Shown: positions 50,733 to 61,006, numbered from the stretch's first letter. The stretch is DNA of 64,000 nucleotides from Dehalococcoidia bacterium (GCA_965116325.1 OZ220675.1:316235-380234); one strand, 5' to 3'. The notes: generated by a model not told the origin, from the sequence alone. Numbers and translations: made by a program.

Positions 50733-52013
50733 TCATGCGCTGTCCATAGCAAGCGGGTCCCCACACTTGTGCTCTGGTATGTGTCCCGGCCTGTCCGACC
50801 GCTCGGCGACATCGTACCAACAATCGTAAGTCGTGACGGCTGCAGTGACCTCATCCCATAGCCTATCCACCTCCCTGTACTGGTGGTCCGGCAGAGTGCA
50901 GATTCGCCCGTCAGTAGCAGGGAAACCGCAATACTGAAGGTACAACGCTCGGTACTCATCCCGGACGGCCCTGTAGGCATCCCGGGCATTCAGGACAGCA
51001 AGCCTTAGTGAGGCATTCTCGGGCTTGGTGTTGGGAAAGAACTCCACGGCATAACTCTCTACGTTGCCGTGAGGTACCCAGCACCCATCGTCCTCCTCGT
51101 TACCGTCGCCCCTGGGCCAGAAATGGTAAACCCCGTCCTCAACCCTGATGTCGATAACCCGGTGCGCCGTGCGCCTGTCGTCCTTGTCGGCATGGGTTTC
51201 CCAACAGTTAGGGTTGAAGCTTATGAGGGTCCCTTCCACTATCACAGATGGGTCGAACTCATTTATCCATGTCACGCTGTCAAGACACCCAAGCGTAGGT
51301 TCCATGCTTCCAGTACAAAAGAACCCTCCGGCCTCCCTGCTGTCCCAGCTGAGGACTAGGGGCCGGAGGGTTTCTTCCAGCTCGATGATCTCTCCCCGCA
51401 CCTCATCTGCTGTGCTCTGCAGCTCCTCGACGGTCCCCACCGCATCTTGCAACGCCCGGTATTCCATACGAGCTGCATTTAGATCGCCGCTCAGCTCCAA
51501 ATTACTGGCCTGCAGGTTGTCGTTTTCCACCCGGGCGTCGGACAGGTCAGAGTGCAGCCCCGCATTGGTCGCCAACAGGTTCTCGTTGTTGGTCCGCGCA
51601 ACTGCGAGGTCAGTCGTCAAATGCTCTTTGTCCAGAAGCAGAGCGTCCCCTATTGCGATGGCATCGTCGCGTTCCTCGGTCAGCTCTGTATTGGCCGATT
51701 CCAGGCCCTGGACCGTCAGCTCAAGGGTGGCCTTCCCCACCTCCAGGAGAGATACGTTGTCTTCAAGGCCATCGATGTCGTCTTCGAGGCCCGCTATGTC
51801 CGATTCAAGGCCTGAGATCTGCCGCCTCAAGTCTTCGTTGGTGTCTCGAAGGCTCCCGTTAAGCCTCTCCTGCGCCGCCAGCGACTCCTTGGTAAGCTGC
51901 AGCTCTGTAGTGGTATCGTCCAATCTCACCCATGTGATCGCTACGGCCGCTGCCAGTACGCCTACCACAGCAACTATAGCTGACCCGAGTAATAGCTTAG
52001 TCCACGTATTCAA
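50733..52013 (-). CDS. Membrane-anchored coiled-coil protein with S26B (SipW-like) peptidase domain
   Basis: N-terminal TM, long heptad region, TGSMEPTL...HRV...RGDGN..DD. Confidence 0.7.
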   Translation of the reverse strand: MNTWTKLLLGSAIVAVVGVLAAAVAITWVRLDDTTTELQLTKESLAAQERLNGSLRDTNEDLRRQISGLESDIAGLEDDIDGLEDNVSLLEVGKATLELTVQGLESANTELTEERDDAIAIGDALLLDKEHLTTDLAVARTNNENLLATNAGLHSDLSDARVENDNLQASNLELSGDLNAARMEYRALQDAVGTVEELQSTADEVRGEIIELEETLRPLVLSWDSREAGGFFCTGSMEPTLGCLDSVTWINEFDPSVIVEGTLISFNPNCWETHADKDDRRTAHRVIDIRVEDGVYHFWPRGDGNEEDDGCWVPHGNVESYAVEFFPNTKPENASLRLAVLNARDAYRAVRDEYRALYLQYCGFPATDGRICTLPDHQYREVDRLWDEVTAAVTTYDCWYDVAERSDRPGHIPEHKCGDPLAMDSA

Positions 52014-52355
52014 GGCTTCTCCCTTCGACCCGGGGCTTGTCTGGTTAACCTGTTTTCGGAGTTTGTGACCTCATGATAATGGCTCGGGTCGTGAACTGGT
52101 GAGAGCTTCGGGAGTGTCATTGTCCTCGCTGAAAGCAATCAAGGGACTCTTCTCCCTGCACGCTCTTTAGTCTAGGCCGCCTCTGAACAAACACGTCATG
52201 AGCAGATAGAATATTTCACCGATGCAAGTGTCATAGGGTATCCTGTTTGCATAGAGGACCTAGTTGTCGCAGGCGGGTCGGATTTGGGGTAGGCCACGAC
52301 ACTGTCCAAATGACTCTAATTGAGAGCATAAGCAGAAAGTCTCGCAGGGAGGGTT

Positions 52356-53333
52356 GTGCCCATGAGCATGAATGACGGTAATAGCGAAGGTCAGGCCAAG
52401 GTACTGGGTCGGCCAATCTTGGTCCCTTTGGATGGGAGCGAAGTTGCGGCCGGCATCCTTCCATACGCTTCGCAGGTTGCCAAGAGCTGTAACGTTCCCT
52501 TGGTATTGCTTACGGTGGTTGATCCTGACGCCGTGGGCCGCCCAACTTCAGCATACACCCTACAGTCCCTGGCAAGGGATAAGGGGCCCAACTATTGGGA
52601 GGAGATCGAACGAACCCTGCAAGTCAGGGCCCTGGATTCTCTGAGAGGGGTAGCTTCCCGTTTAAGGGGGGAGGGCGTCGCTGTGGAGATTCAGGCCGCC
52701 CTTGGGCGTCCCGCTGATCAGATACTGCAAGTTTCGGAAGAAGAGGGGTGCGGGCTGATAGCGATGTCAACCCACGGCCGGAACCCCATCAGCCGCAGCA
52801 TACTGGGCAGCGTAACCGACAAGGTGATTCATACCTCAAAGGTACCAGTGCTGACGGTAACCCCGGAGCGAAATAAGAGCTACCAGGAGGAGGGTGAAAC
52901 TGTTACGACGGTTGTAGTGCCCCTGGATGGTTCTGAGCTTGCGGAAGGAGCGCTTCCATATGCCGAGGAGCTGGCCCGTACCTTGTCTCTCGAAATCTTG
53001 TTGGCCAGGGCTGTGAGGACCGATCTGCCCACCTACACTGCAACGGAGTTCAGTGCCTGGGAGCCGAATTTGACCGAAGGCATGTTAGAGGAGGCTACCG
53101 CATACCTGGCTGGTGTTGCAGAGTCCCTCACCAGCACAGGGTTAACGGTCCGGAGTCAGGTGGTGAGAGGAGCGCCGGCACAGGCCCTCTTGAATCTGGC
53201 CCAAGAGACAGAGAAGAACCTCATCGCGATGACCACCCGCGGCCGGTCGGGGCTGTCGCGATGGCTGATGGGCAGCGTAGCAGAGGCATTGGTCAGGAGT
53301 TCCGGCGATCCCGTTCTTGTGATTCCGTCTTAG
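52356..53333 (+). CDS. Universal stress protein (two USP domains)
   Basis: ILVPLDGS and VVVPLDGS; MSTHGR...LGSV; MTTRGR...MGSV. Confidence 0.93.
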   Translation: MPMSMNDGNSEGQAKVLGRPILVPLDGSEVAAGILPYASQVAKSCNVPLVLLTVVDPDAVGRPTSAYTLQSLARDKGPNYWEEIERTLQVRALDSLRGVASRLRGEGVAVEIQAALGRPADQILQVSEEEGCGLIAMSTHGRNPISRSILGSVTDKVIHTSKVPVLTVTPERNKSYQEEGETVTTVVVPLDGSELAEGALPYAEELARTLSLEILLARAVRTDLPTYTATEFSAWEPNLTEGMLEEATAYLAGVAESLTSTGLTVRSQVVRGAPAQALLNLAQETEKNLIAMTTRGRSGLSRWLMGSVAEALVRSSGDPVLVIPS

Positions 53334-53556
53334 GCTGTGGGAGGCAGAATACGGAGCACGAAACACAGGACAGAAGCTCCAAGTCCATGGGAATAGCGCT
53401 TGTTCGCCGGGCAGGATCTCAGCGATGATTCTAGGGACGGTTTGGCCCGACTATGCCCGCAGGTACCACAACTGGTGTCGCCATATCTAATGTTTACTTG
53501 GCCTTACGGGATCCCGCTAGGCCGCGCCAGCAAGAGCCAATGAACCCTCTGGACTT

Positions 53557-54096
53557 TCATTTCAATTGGGGCAACCCAGCACCGCTGGCACTGACCCTCA
53601 CTTGGGCAGTTAGGTACGGTGATGTGCTCATAGTAACCTTTAGCAACACTTCACAGTCGGGGGCGTCCGGATGAACGACAACGACCCCGTGCCTAACAGG
53701 GGGGTCGAATACAATGCGTCGATCCCAGGAGCGACGTGGAATGTAATGAGAGATGATGTGGTCATTGGAAACCACCTCTTCATATTCGAATTCGCCGATA
53801 GCCAAGAAGCGCTTCCGCCGCCAGTTTCGGCGAATAACAGCACTTGCGATCGTCCACTCCGGCCGCCCTGGTACCCACTCAACCTCAAATTCAATTTGGC
53901 GATGAACACCGCCCTTTGGCCTTCTCGCAGCAAGAGTCCCTGTAGAAACCCGTGGCAAGAGTTGTGCAACTGCTATTCGATTAGCCTTGAAGCTCGTCCA
54001 TGCGCTCATGATGAGCGCCACCGCAGCGATGATCGTAGCAGCAATTGAGATGACAAGAGCAACCAACTCAACAGACCCCCAGTACGAACTTGGCAA
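53557..54096 (-). CDS. Hypothetical protein with N-terminal TM helix
   Basis: 179-aa ORF with hydrophobic N-terminus; start uncertain. Confidence 0.45.
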   Translation of the reverse strand: MPSSYWGSVELVALVISIAATIIAAVALIMSAWTSFKANRIAVAQLLPRVSTGTLAARRPKGGVHRQIEFEVEWVPGRPEWTIASAVIRRNWRRKRFLAIGEFEYEEVVSNDHIISHYIPRRSWDRRIVFDPPVRHGVVVVHPDAPDCEVLLKVTMSTSPYLTAQVRVSASGAGLPQLK

Positions 54097-54626
54097 GGTG
54101 TAGGTAGCTTACTAAGCCTGGAAAATTCCTTGGCAGAAAATTCCTTCAATCGAATAGCGAGATCACAAGGTGGCGCTCAAGGCTATACTCCCGACGTTGT
54201 CCGAGAGAATACCCCCGACTAACCAAGCTACCACTTGGCAAGGCACCGTTGTTCTCGTACATCAATTCTGTCACGATTTCATTAACCGAATAACTTATGT
54301 TTCTTCCTGCTACAGCAACCTCAATCCCCCGCAACTTCTTGTTCTATCGCATGCGTAAGGGTTTGTTATCTAGACTAGCTGACATTCTTTCCTGCCCTTA
54401 GCAGTTCTCTGCTTCATTTCGGATATCTCCGCCTGACTTCGCCTCGGTGACTGTCAACCCAGACAATCTTCGTCAGCGCCGATTTGTAACTCCACTGGCG
54501 TTTCCTTTTGGTCAGCTAGCTGCGCCGCTCATTTATTTGACTTATTGTACGCCTTTGATTGCGAAGAATCCGGGAAGCTCTGTGGACTGATAGAGGATCG
54601 TGCATATACTAACTGTCGGAGGGTAC

Positions 54627-54944
54627 ATGAGACCTGAGTTGCGGAAAGAGATGCTTCGACTATTGCAGGAGCTGTCTAATTCAGAAAGTAGCGGGGTATT
54701 GCCTCTAACTTTCGGCACCTCCGCTCTGACCCTGGAGGCCGTCCGGTTGCTGGAAGACATTGGCGCTGTGTCGAGAATGTCGGGAGGTATCTCCATCACC
54801 TCCCACGGCTATACCTATCTCCAGAAATCCAAATTCCGTCCCGCCCTCTGGATCAGGGACCACATGATTCCCTTAGTCGTCTCACTGCTCTTGGCCATTG
54901 CAGCCGCGGTTGCAGCCAGCTTGACCCTGAGATTGCTGGGGTGA
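54627..54944 (+). CDS. Small hypothetical protein (possible winged-helix-like N-terminus, C-terminal TM)
   Basis: ATG after GGAGGG; ITSHGYTYL wing-like motif; hydrophobic C-terminus. Confidence 0.45.
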   Translation: MRPELRKEMLRLLQELSNSESSGVLPLTFGTSALTLEAVRLLEDIGAVSRMSGGISITSHGYTYLQKSKFRPALWIRDHMIPLVVSLLLAIAAAVAASLTLRLLG

Positions 54945-55029
54945 ACTGACGAACCTCGTTTCTCACTGACAACGAAGAGAGGGTTCAGCAATTCCTCGCC
55001 ATGATTCATGGCGAAGATATGGAGCAACA

Positions 55030-55374
55030 ATGACAACAAACGGCTCGGGAAAGTTAAATATGGGCGGAGTCTCAGCCATAAAGGAAATTGCCAATATCCC
55101 TCCAGATCAACGAACACCCAATCAGGTCAAGTACCTATCTGCCTGTCTGACGGCACTAGCCCACCAGCCAGTCCGTTGGTATTCATATCAGGATTGGGGG
55201 CAGGGAGGACCTGTCGAGTTTCTTGCAAGAAGGGGAATCCAATTTACCCCTGTGCCGGACGTCCAACCCGTAGCGCGATCCTGGTATGAAGGGTGCGAAT
55301 GCAAAAAGCCTCACTGGCGAGAAATGAAGCCTTGCCCGCAATGTCAAGGGGTGGGATTCATTCCATACGTCTGA
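55030..55374 (+). CDS. Hypothetical protein with C-terminal Cys cluster
   Basis: GGAG RBS; CEC...CPQCQGVG. Confidence 0.45.
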   Translation: MTTNGSGKLNMGGVSAIKEIANIPPDQRTPNQVKYLSACLTALAHQPVRWYSYQDWGQGGPVEFLARRGIQFTPVPDVQPVARSWYEGCECKKPHWREMKPCPQCQGVGFIPYV

Positions 55375-55480
55375 CGGAAGGCGCGGAAGATATCCGAGTA
55401 CTCCCCGCCTCCGTTAGCGAATAGTTCCGTCCGCCTTCAGCCCGCAGATTATTGACTGGTCCATAGTTCCCAGGTCGTCA

Positions 55481-56695
55481 TCACTGCGCTGGGGAAGGCG
55501 GGCTGAGCTGCTCCATCAGGTCGTCGTTCCACTCCCCTTCGGCCTCCAGTATCGCCTTGGCATCGAAGACAAATGCCTCGATGAGGTTGTGGGACAGGTA
55601 CACATAGGTCCCCGGCTGTCGAATGGTATGGATAGATGCTCCGGCCGAACCTGCCGCTATATCCCACGTCTCAAGGTCCACCCTGGGTGGATTATTGAAC
55701 CCGCCCCGCTCCCACACGTAGTCACCATGACCGCCGATCAGGTGCGGGTAGGACTGCCGGTTGGCCTGGGAGTGGACTATCAGCACGTTCTCTCCGACGT
55801 TGGCCCGCAGCGCGCCGTCGCCCTGGAGGGCGCCTGTCGTGCCGTTGAAGACGATGTGAGTGGGGATCAGGCCTTGCATCACGCTAACATCATCGGCTAG
55901 CGACGTTACGGGCGAGTCGTAGCGTTTGAAGTTGCCGTCCTCATCCTGGGGAATGTAGTAGTCTTGCTCTCCAATGTAGTAGGCCCGGTCGTACCGCAGC
56001 GGATTGCCCACCTGGTCCTTAAGGCCTCCCTTGGGCAGCACCATGATGGCGCCGTTCATGCCGTGGACCACGTGCCAGGGAACCATCGTTCCGCCGGGGG
56101 CACAGTGATAGACGAACGCGCCCGCTTTGACCGCCCGGAACCGCAGCACTACTTCCTCTCCTGGGGACACGGTGGTCAGCCCACCTCCTCCCAGGGCGCC
56201 CACGGCCGCGTGGAAGTCGATGTTGTGGGGCAGCTCGTTCGTGGACGGGTTGACCATGGTCAGTTCCACATAGTCCCCCTCGTGGACGACTATGATGGGT
56301 CCAGGAACCGATCCTTCGAAAGTGAAAGCCCAGACAAAGACGCCCGGGGCGATCTCAATCTCCTTCTCCTCGATGACCATCTCCACCTGCACCACCCGGG
56401 GTTCGCTGGGACTCACCTGCTCGTGTTGGGGCAGGCCCGGGGGCGGGACCAGCTCCTGGGTGACCCTCTGGAGGCCGGCGATGTTCTCCGGCTGCCACAC
56501 TGTTGGGGAGTCCACAACCGCTTCAACTACGGCGATCGGAGCTGGCAAGGTAGTGACCCTCTCCAGGTGAGCCACGCGGGTCTCCAATCGTTCCACCTTA
56601 GCAGCGTCACGCCCGCCCTCGCAGGCCACCATCGTTGCCAGGATCGTGAGTGCCAAAGAGATGATGAGCACCCTTCCTAACCGTGCTTTTGTCAC
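55481..56695 (-). CDS. nirK: Copper-containing nitrite reductase (predicted lipoprotein)
   Basis: [40 protein letters not shown]; lipobox MVAC. Confidence 0.95.
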   Translation of the reverse strand: MTKARLGRVLIISLALTILATMVACEGGRDAAKVERLETRVAHLERVTTLPAPIAVVEAVVDSPTVWQPENIAGLQRVTQELVPPPGLPQHEQVSPSEPRVVQVEMVIEEKEIEIAPGVFVWAFTFEGSVPGPIIVVHEGDYVELTMVNPSTNELPHNIDFHAAVGALGGGGLTTVSPGEEVVLRFRAVKAGAFVYHCAPGGTMVPWHVVHGMNGAIMVLPKGGLKDQVGNPLRYDRAYYIGEQDYYIPQDEDGNFKRYDSPVTSLADDVSVMQGLIPTHIVFNGTTGALQGDGALRANVGENVLIVHSQANRQSYPHLIGGHGDYVWERGGFNNPPRVDLETWDIAAGSAGASIHTIRQPGTYVYLSHNLIEAFVFDAKAILEAEGEWNDDLMEQLSPPSPAQ

Positions 56696-57108
56696 CGGAA
56701 CCCCCTTTGTTTCTGTCCTCGGAAACCAAAGAATCATCCAACTAATGAGCAAACATTATAGCAACCCGCCCACCGGAGATGAAGGATGGCATTTCGGGCA
56801 GAGCTTGAACCAGCAAAGTTCATGCCGTCCGCAGCGGGCACTTTTTTGTGGTACAGAGGAGGCGTTCCATGTCTGGAACTCTCCACTAGGCCATTGTGAG
56901 TCTGCCAACTTGTCCACCTCACCGGTAAGGACCTATCTGTACGGTGCCGCGGAATGCCGAATTCCTCCACGGAGGGAGAAATGGCTGCGTGTAAACACAC
57001 GCCAGAGGAGATGATTACCAAGCAGCAGGTGGGGATCGACCATTTGGCGCCGATCTAAATCGGCAACGGTTCAACCAAGGCGACCGAAGTATTTCGGTTC
57101 AGAGGAGG

Positions 57109-57183
57109 TGGCTCCCCGGGCAGGATTCGAACCTGCGACCTAGCGGTTAACAGCCGCCCGCTCTACCGCTGAGCTACCGGGGA
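57109..57183 (-). tRNA. tRNA-Asn(GTT)
   Basis: TCCCCGGTAGCTCAGCGGTAGAGCGGGCGGCTGTTAACCGCTAGGTCGCAGGTTCGAATCCTGCCCGGGGAGCCA; intact cloverleaf with encoded CCA. Confidence 0.97.
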
Positions 57184-57219
57184 AAGAAGAGCCACGCCGG
57201 ATGGCATGGCAACCCCTAG

Positions 57220-57248
57220 ATTCTATCACCGCAACCCATCGCTCTCAA
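57220..57248 (-). promoter_or_regulatory. Sigma-70 promoter of tRNA-Asn
   Basis: TTGAGA-N17-TAGAAT with TG extension. Confidence 0.7.
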
Positions 57249-57303
57249 TCATCCGGGGTGCCGACCTGCGGGGCGCTCTAGGCGCGCCCTGGCGTACAGC
57301 CTG

Positions 57304-57630
57304 TCAGGCCCTACCGTCGAAGACCAAGAGTATCTCGCTTATCTTGCCGCTCCTAAACTGAAAGAGTTGTGCGATGGTCAGTACCCTGTCGCTCTTCTCA
57401 TAGCGATAGTAGATAGATACGCTGTCTTCGCCCTCCATGACGCTCAAGAGGCGATGGCTGCACCTCTCCGGCGGGTCTCTCTGCAAGCTGATCAGGTACT
57501 CTTCCCTCGACGTGAAGCTGTAGAAGGGGCCGCTGAATAGCAGGTCCTCCGCCAGAAGCGGCTTCAAGCCGTCAACATCAGCGGAGCAGAAGCACTTCAG
57601 GAACTCCAATGCGGTGTCGCGGTTGGACAT
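57304..57630 (-). CDS. SnoaL/NTF2-like protein
   Basis: FLKCF..AD...LLAEDL.F.GP...GKISEI pattern. Confidence 0.75.
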   Translation of the reverse strand: MSNRDTALEFLKCFCSADVDGLKPLLAEDLLFSGPFYSFTSREEYLISLQRDPPERCSHRLLSVMEGEDSVSIYYRYEKSDRVLTIAQLFQFRSGKISEILLVFDGRA

Positions 57631-57641
57631 GTGATGCAGCC

Positions 57642-57716
57642 TGACTCCCCGGGCAGGATTCGAACCTGCGACCTAGCGGTTAACAGACGCCCGCTCTACC
57701 GCTGAGCTATCGGGGG
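57642..57716 (-). pseudogene. Degenerate tRNA-Asn copy
   Basis: Four differences from 57109-57183: two acceptor-stem mismatches, one anticodon-stem mismatch, CCA changed to TCA. Confidence 0.85.
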
Positions 57717-57942
57717 AAAAAGAGCCACGCCGAATGGCATGGCCACCCTTAGATTCTATCACCCCAACCCATGCCTCCCAATAATCCGTAGCGTATTGGG
57801 GCACGGGACATGCCAATGTTACGAGTTGGCACATGAACGGAGGGTCGGTCCTACCTGGCACTCGGGCAGGCCGCCCTTGTTTTCACTCCCACCCCAACCT
57901 TCTCTCAAGGGAGAGGGGGAAGCAGTTAGGCCGACTGGGCTG

Positions 57943-58950
57943 CTACGACTTCAGGCGTGGGATGACGTCGCGGCCCATCGTCTCCAGCTGCCTCAGTACG
58001 CGGGCGTGTTCCATGCCCGGCCACTGCATGCGGAGCACCATGTGGCTCACGCCCAGGTGCTCTTCGTAGTGGCTCAGCTCCGACACTATGTCGTCGGGGG
58101 TGCCGATGATGAACCGGTCGCGGGCCAAGTCCTCGAAGGGCACGTGGAAGCTCTCGTTGCCCGGCAGGGCCTTGTCCTGGCCCCACTGGGCATAGGCACG
58201 GTACTTGGGCTCCAGGTAGGGCTGAGCCTCAGCCATCGCCTGCTCCCGTGTCGCTGCCACGAACGCCTCCCGCATCATCGGCACCTGGGTCCCGTCCGGG
58301 CCGCTGGTGCTTGAAGCTACCTCGCGATAACGGGCAAGCTGCTGGCTAACCATGGTTACAGTTGCGTGGGGGTTCACCAGCCATGGATAGCCCATCTCCG
58401 CTGCTCGCATCACCGCCTTGTCATGGTTGGCCGCCATCCATATAGGCGGGTGAGGCTTTTGGGTCGGAGGGAAGCTGGGGGTCACGGGCGGGACATGATA
58501 GAACCGGCCCTGGTACTCCATCCTGTCCTTGGTCCACAGGCCCTTCATAATCTCCAGGGACTCCAGCATGCGCGGAACCCGCTCTTCGCGCTTGATGCCG
58601 AAGGCGGTATATTCCTCTTCACGGTAGCCCAGACCTATGCCAAAAATGAACCTGCCGCCCGTCGCCGCATCCATGGTGGCAACGGACTCGGCCAAGTCAA
58701 CCGGGTTGTGCAGGGGGACCAGGATCACGGTAGCAGCCAGGTGCATATCCCCAGCTTCGGAAGCGAGGCGGGCCAGCAAGGGGAAGGTGGCCGGCATCTG
58801 GTAAGGGTCGGACAGATAATGTTGGCCGGCGCAGATCAGGTCGAAGCCCGCATCCCTGGCGGTGCGCACCTGCTCCAGGTTTTCCCGGATCCGGTCGGCC
58901 GCCGACTCGGACGCCAAGTATTGATTGCCGACAAAGTATCCCAGCTTCAA
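57943..58950 (-). CDS. LLM-class flavin-dependent oxidoreductase
   Basis: GQHY, PLHNPV, GIGLGYR, QKPHPPIW. Confidence 0.9.
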   Translation of the reverse strand: MKLGYFVGNQYLASESAADRIRENLEQVRTARDAGFDLICAGQHYLSDPYQMPATFPLLARLASEAGDMHLAATVILVPLHNPVDLAESVATMDAATGGRFIFGIGLGYREEEYTAFGIKREERVPRMLESLEIMKGLWTKDRMEYQGRFYHVPPVTPSFPPTQKPHPPIWMAANHDKAVMRAAEMGYPWLVNPHATVTMVSQQLARYREVASSTSGPDGTQVPMMREAFVAATREQAMAEAQPYLEPKYRAYAQWGQDKALPGNESFHVPFEDLARDRFIIGTPDDIVSELSHYEEHLGVSHMVLRMQWPGMEHARVLRQLETMGRDVIPRLKS

Positions 58951-58983
58951 CTTATTCTCCGTTTCCCGTCCAAGGACAGGACC

Positions 58984-60159
58984 TTATGTAACGTAGCGCA
59001 GGGCCGCCTCGGTCAGCACCTGGGCCGCAATGGGCAGCGAGTCCTCATCGATGTCGAAGTGCTGGCTGTGGTGGGATGCCGTGATACCCCGCGCCTCGTT
59101 GCCGCAGCCGACGAGGAAATAACAGCCCGGGGCTTCCCTGAGGAAGTAAGTAGCATCGTCCCCCACCTGAGGCGGCGTGATGGTAACCACGTTCTCCTCG
59201 CCGACAATGGGGGCGGCCACGTCCGCCACCAGCCTCGACACACGGGGGTCGTTGATAACCGCAGGTGCGCCCTGAACGTGCTCAAAGCGGGCTTCGCCCC
59301 TGAGGCCCTTGGCCACGTTCACGGAGATCTCTTCCGCACGCCTGAGAATGTGATGCCGGACCGAGTCGTCCAGGGTGCGTACGGTGCCGGTCAGCTGCAC
59401 CTCGTCGGATACGACGTTGAAGGCGGTGCCGCCGTGGATTGTGCCGAAGCCCAGGACGGCAGCCTGGGAGGGCTGCACCTCCCGGCTCAACACAGACTGC
59501 AGGGCGGTGACCACGTGGCAGCTAATGAGGATGGGGTCCACTGCCAGGTGCGGCATTCCACCATGTCCTCCCTTGCCCTGAACCGAAATCTTGATCTCGT
59601 CGGCGCTGGAGAAGATAGGTCCCGCTTGGGAGGTTACCTGGCCCACTGGCAGGCCGCTCCACAGATGGAAGCTGAGGACGTTGTCAACCGGCGGGTCTTT
59701 CATTACCCCCGCCTCGATCATGGGTAATGCTCCGCCCATGACCTCCTCGGCAGGTTGGAAGACAAGCTTAATGTTGCCCTTTATGGAGTCCCTGCGGGAG
59801 CTGAGCAACTCAGCGACCACCATTCCAACTGCGGTGTGCCCATCGTGGCCGCATGCATGCATTGCGCCATCCACCTGGGAGCTGTATTCCCGGTCCTTCG
59901 GTTCCTGGATGGGGAGCGCATCGATGTCCACCCGGAGGAGGATGGTAGGTCCCGGAGAGGCCCCTTTCAGTATGCCCAAGACCCCAGTGCCGGCGATGCC
60001 CCGGGTGACTTCCCAGCCCACTTTCTCAAGGTAGTTGGCTGCGATATCTGCGGTCCTGTGCTCCTGAAAAGATAGCTCCGGGTTCCTGTGGAAGTCCCGG
60101 CGGAGCTCGATCAGCTTGTCCTTGAGGAGAGCTACCTCATGCCCGATGTCGTCTGCCAC
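58984..60159 (-). CDS. M20D family amidohydrolase
   Basis: HRNPELSFQE, MHACGHDGH, FQPAEE, GKGGHG, HH. Confidence 0.93.
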   Translation of the reverse strand: MADDIGHEVALLKDKLIELRRDFHRNPELSFQEHRTADIAANYLEKVGWEVTRGIAGTGVLGILKGASPGPTILLRVDIDALPIQEPKDREYSSQVDGAMHACGHDGHTAVGMVVAELLSSRRDSIKGNIKLVFQPAEEVMGGALPMIEAGVMKDPPVDNVLSFHLWSGLPVGQVTSQAGPIFSSADEIKISVQGKGGHGGMPHLAVDPILISCHVVTALQSVLSREVQPSQAAVLGFGTIHGGTAFNVVSDEVQLTGTVRTLDDSVRHHILRRAEEISVNVAKGLRGEARFEHVQGAPAVINDPRVSRLVADVAAPIVGEENVVTITPPQVGDDATYFLREAPGCYFLVGCGNEARGITASHHSQHFDIDEDSLPIAAQVLTEAALRYVT

Positions 60160-60262
60160 CCTGGCCTCCGTTTGGCTACGAATTCGTCCCTGGCGGGTAT
60201 TCTATCATAGCTTTAACCTGCCCTTGTGCTGCTAGCGGCCCGCTACTATACTAGCTATCCGT

Positions 60263-60928
60263 ATGGAAGAGCAGCATCGAGAAGAAGAGCTTGCGGAGCT
60301 CAAGCTCTTTCCCCTGAACGTCGTCCTGTTTCCCGGAATGCCCATGCCCCTGCGCATCTTCGAAGAGCGATACAAGCTGATGATCAACGAGTGTATCGAC
60401 AACTCAGAGGCGTTCGGTATCCTCCTAATCCGCGAGGGCCCCGAGGTCGGAGGCGGCGCGGTCCCCCACGCCATCGGCACCACAGCACGGATCACAGAGG
60501 TGGAGCGGCTGGAGGATGGCAGGATGAACCTGTCCACCACCGGGGAGACCCGCTTCCAACTGGTCGAGCCTCTGTACAACGCGCCCTATCTCCGGGGCAA
60601 GGTAAAATACCTGTCCGAAGAGGTGGGAGAAACCCAGGAGGGAGTACAGGAGGAGGCCCGCCAGCTATTCCAAGAATTCATCCGAGGCCTCTCAGGTCTG
60701 CGCGGAGGCTGGATGAGGAGCGCCAACGCTCCCGGCGACCTCGGCGTGCTGTCCTACTCCATCGCCCACTACCTGGACCTGCCAGCCATCGCCAAGCAGC
60801 GCCTCCTGGAGGTGCCCCAAGCCGGCGAGCGCCTGCAGTACGAGATACCGCTGCTGCAGGGGGCCGTTCAGCGCCTCCGGGAAGAGACGGTCAAGCGCAA
60901 CCCCTACCAGGGCCCACGCCTGAACTAG
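60263..60928 (+). CDS. LON peptidase substrate-binding domain protein
   Basis: LFPLNVVLFPG, LRIFEERY, GETRF. Confidence 0.9.
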   Translation: MEEQHREEELAELKLFPLNVVLFPGMPMPLRIFEERYKLMINECIDNSEAFGILLIREGPEVGGGAVPHAIGTTARITEVERLEDGRMNLSTTGETRFQLVEPLYNAPYLRGKVKYLSEEVGETQEGVQEEARQLFQEFIRGLSGLRGGWMRSANAPGDLGVLSYSIAHYLDLPAIAKQRLLEVPQAGERLQYEIPLLQGAVQRLREETVKRNPYQGPRLN

Positions 60929-61006
60929 CGCGACTCTACGGGCATCTTCCCGCCCTCTGTGTCCCCCAATTTCAGGCTTGATCTAGCTCTTTGGCCTAGA
61001 CTCTGA

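Larger units (their letters stand above)
57109..57788. repeat. ~147-bp imperfect direct repeat (57109-57255 and 57642-57788)
   Basis: Both copies contain the tRNA, its leader and -10/-35 elements; offset 533 bp. Confidence 0.92.

Noticed and set aside
53407-53417. ccgggcaggat matches part of the tRNA-Asn 3' half; possible att remnant
   Set aside because: Only 11 bp, excludes the tRNA terminus, and no integrase is present; compatible with chance
56806-56822. Inverted repeat tgaac-N7-gttca upstream of nirK
   Set aside because: Does not match FNR/NnrR (TTGAT-N4-ATCAA) or GAAC-N4-GTTC LexA spacing; single short instance
58366-59727. Long antisense ORFs (also 22334-23527, 5014-6054, 35933-36970, 51148-52068)
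   Set aside because: Shadow frames opposite well-supported genes in high-GC DNA, with no motifs
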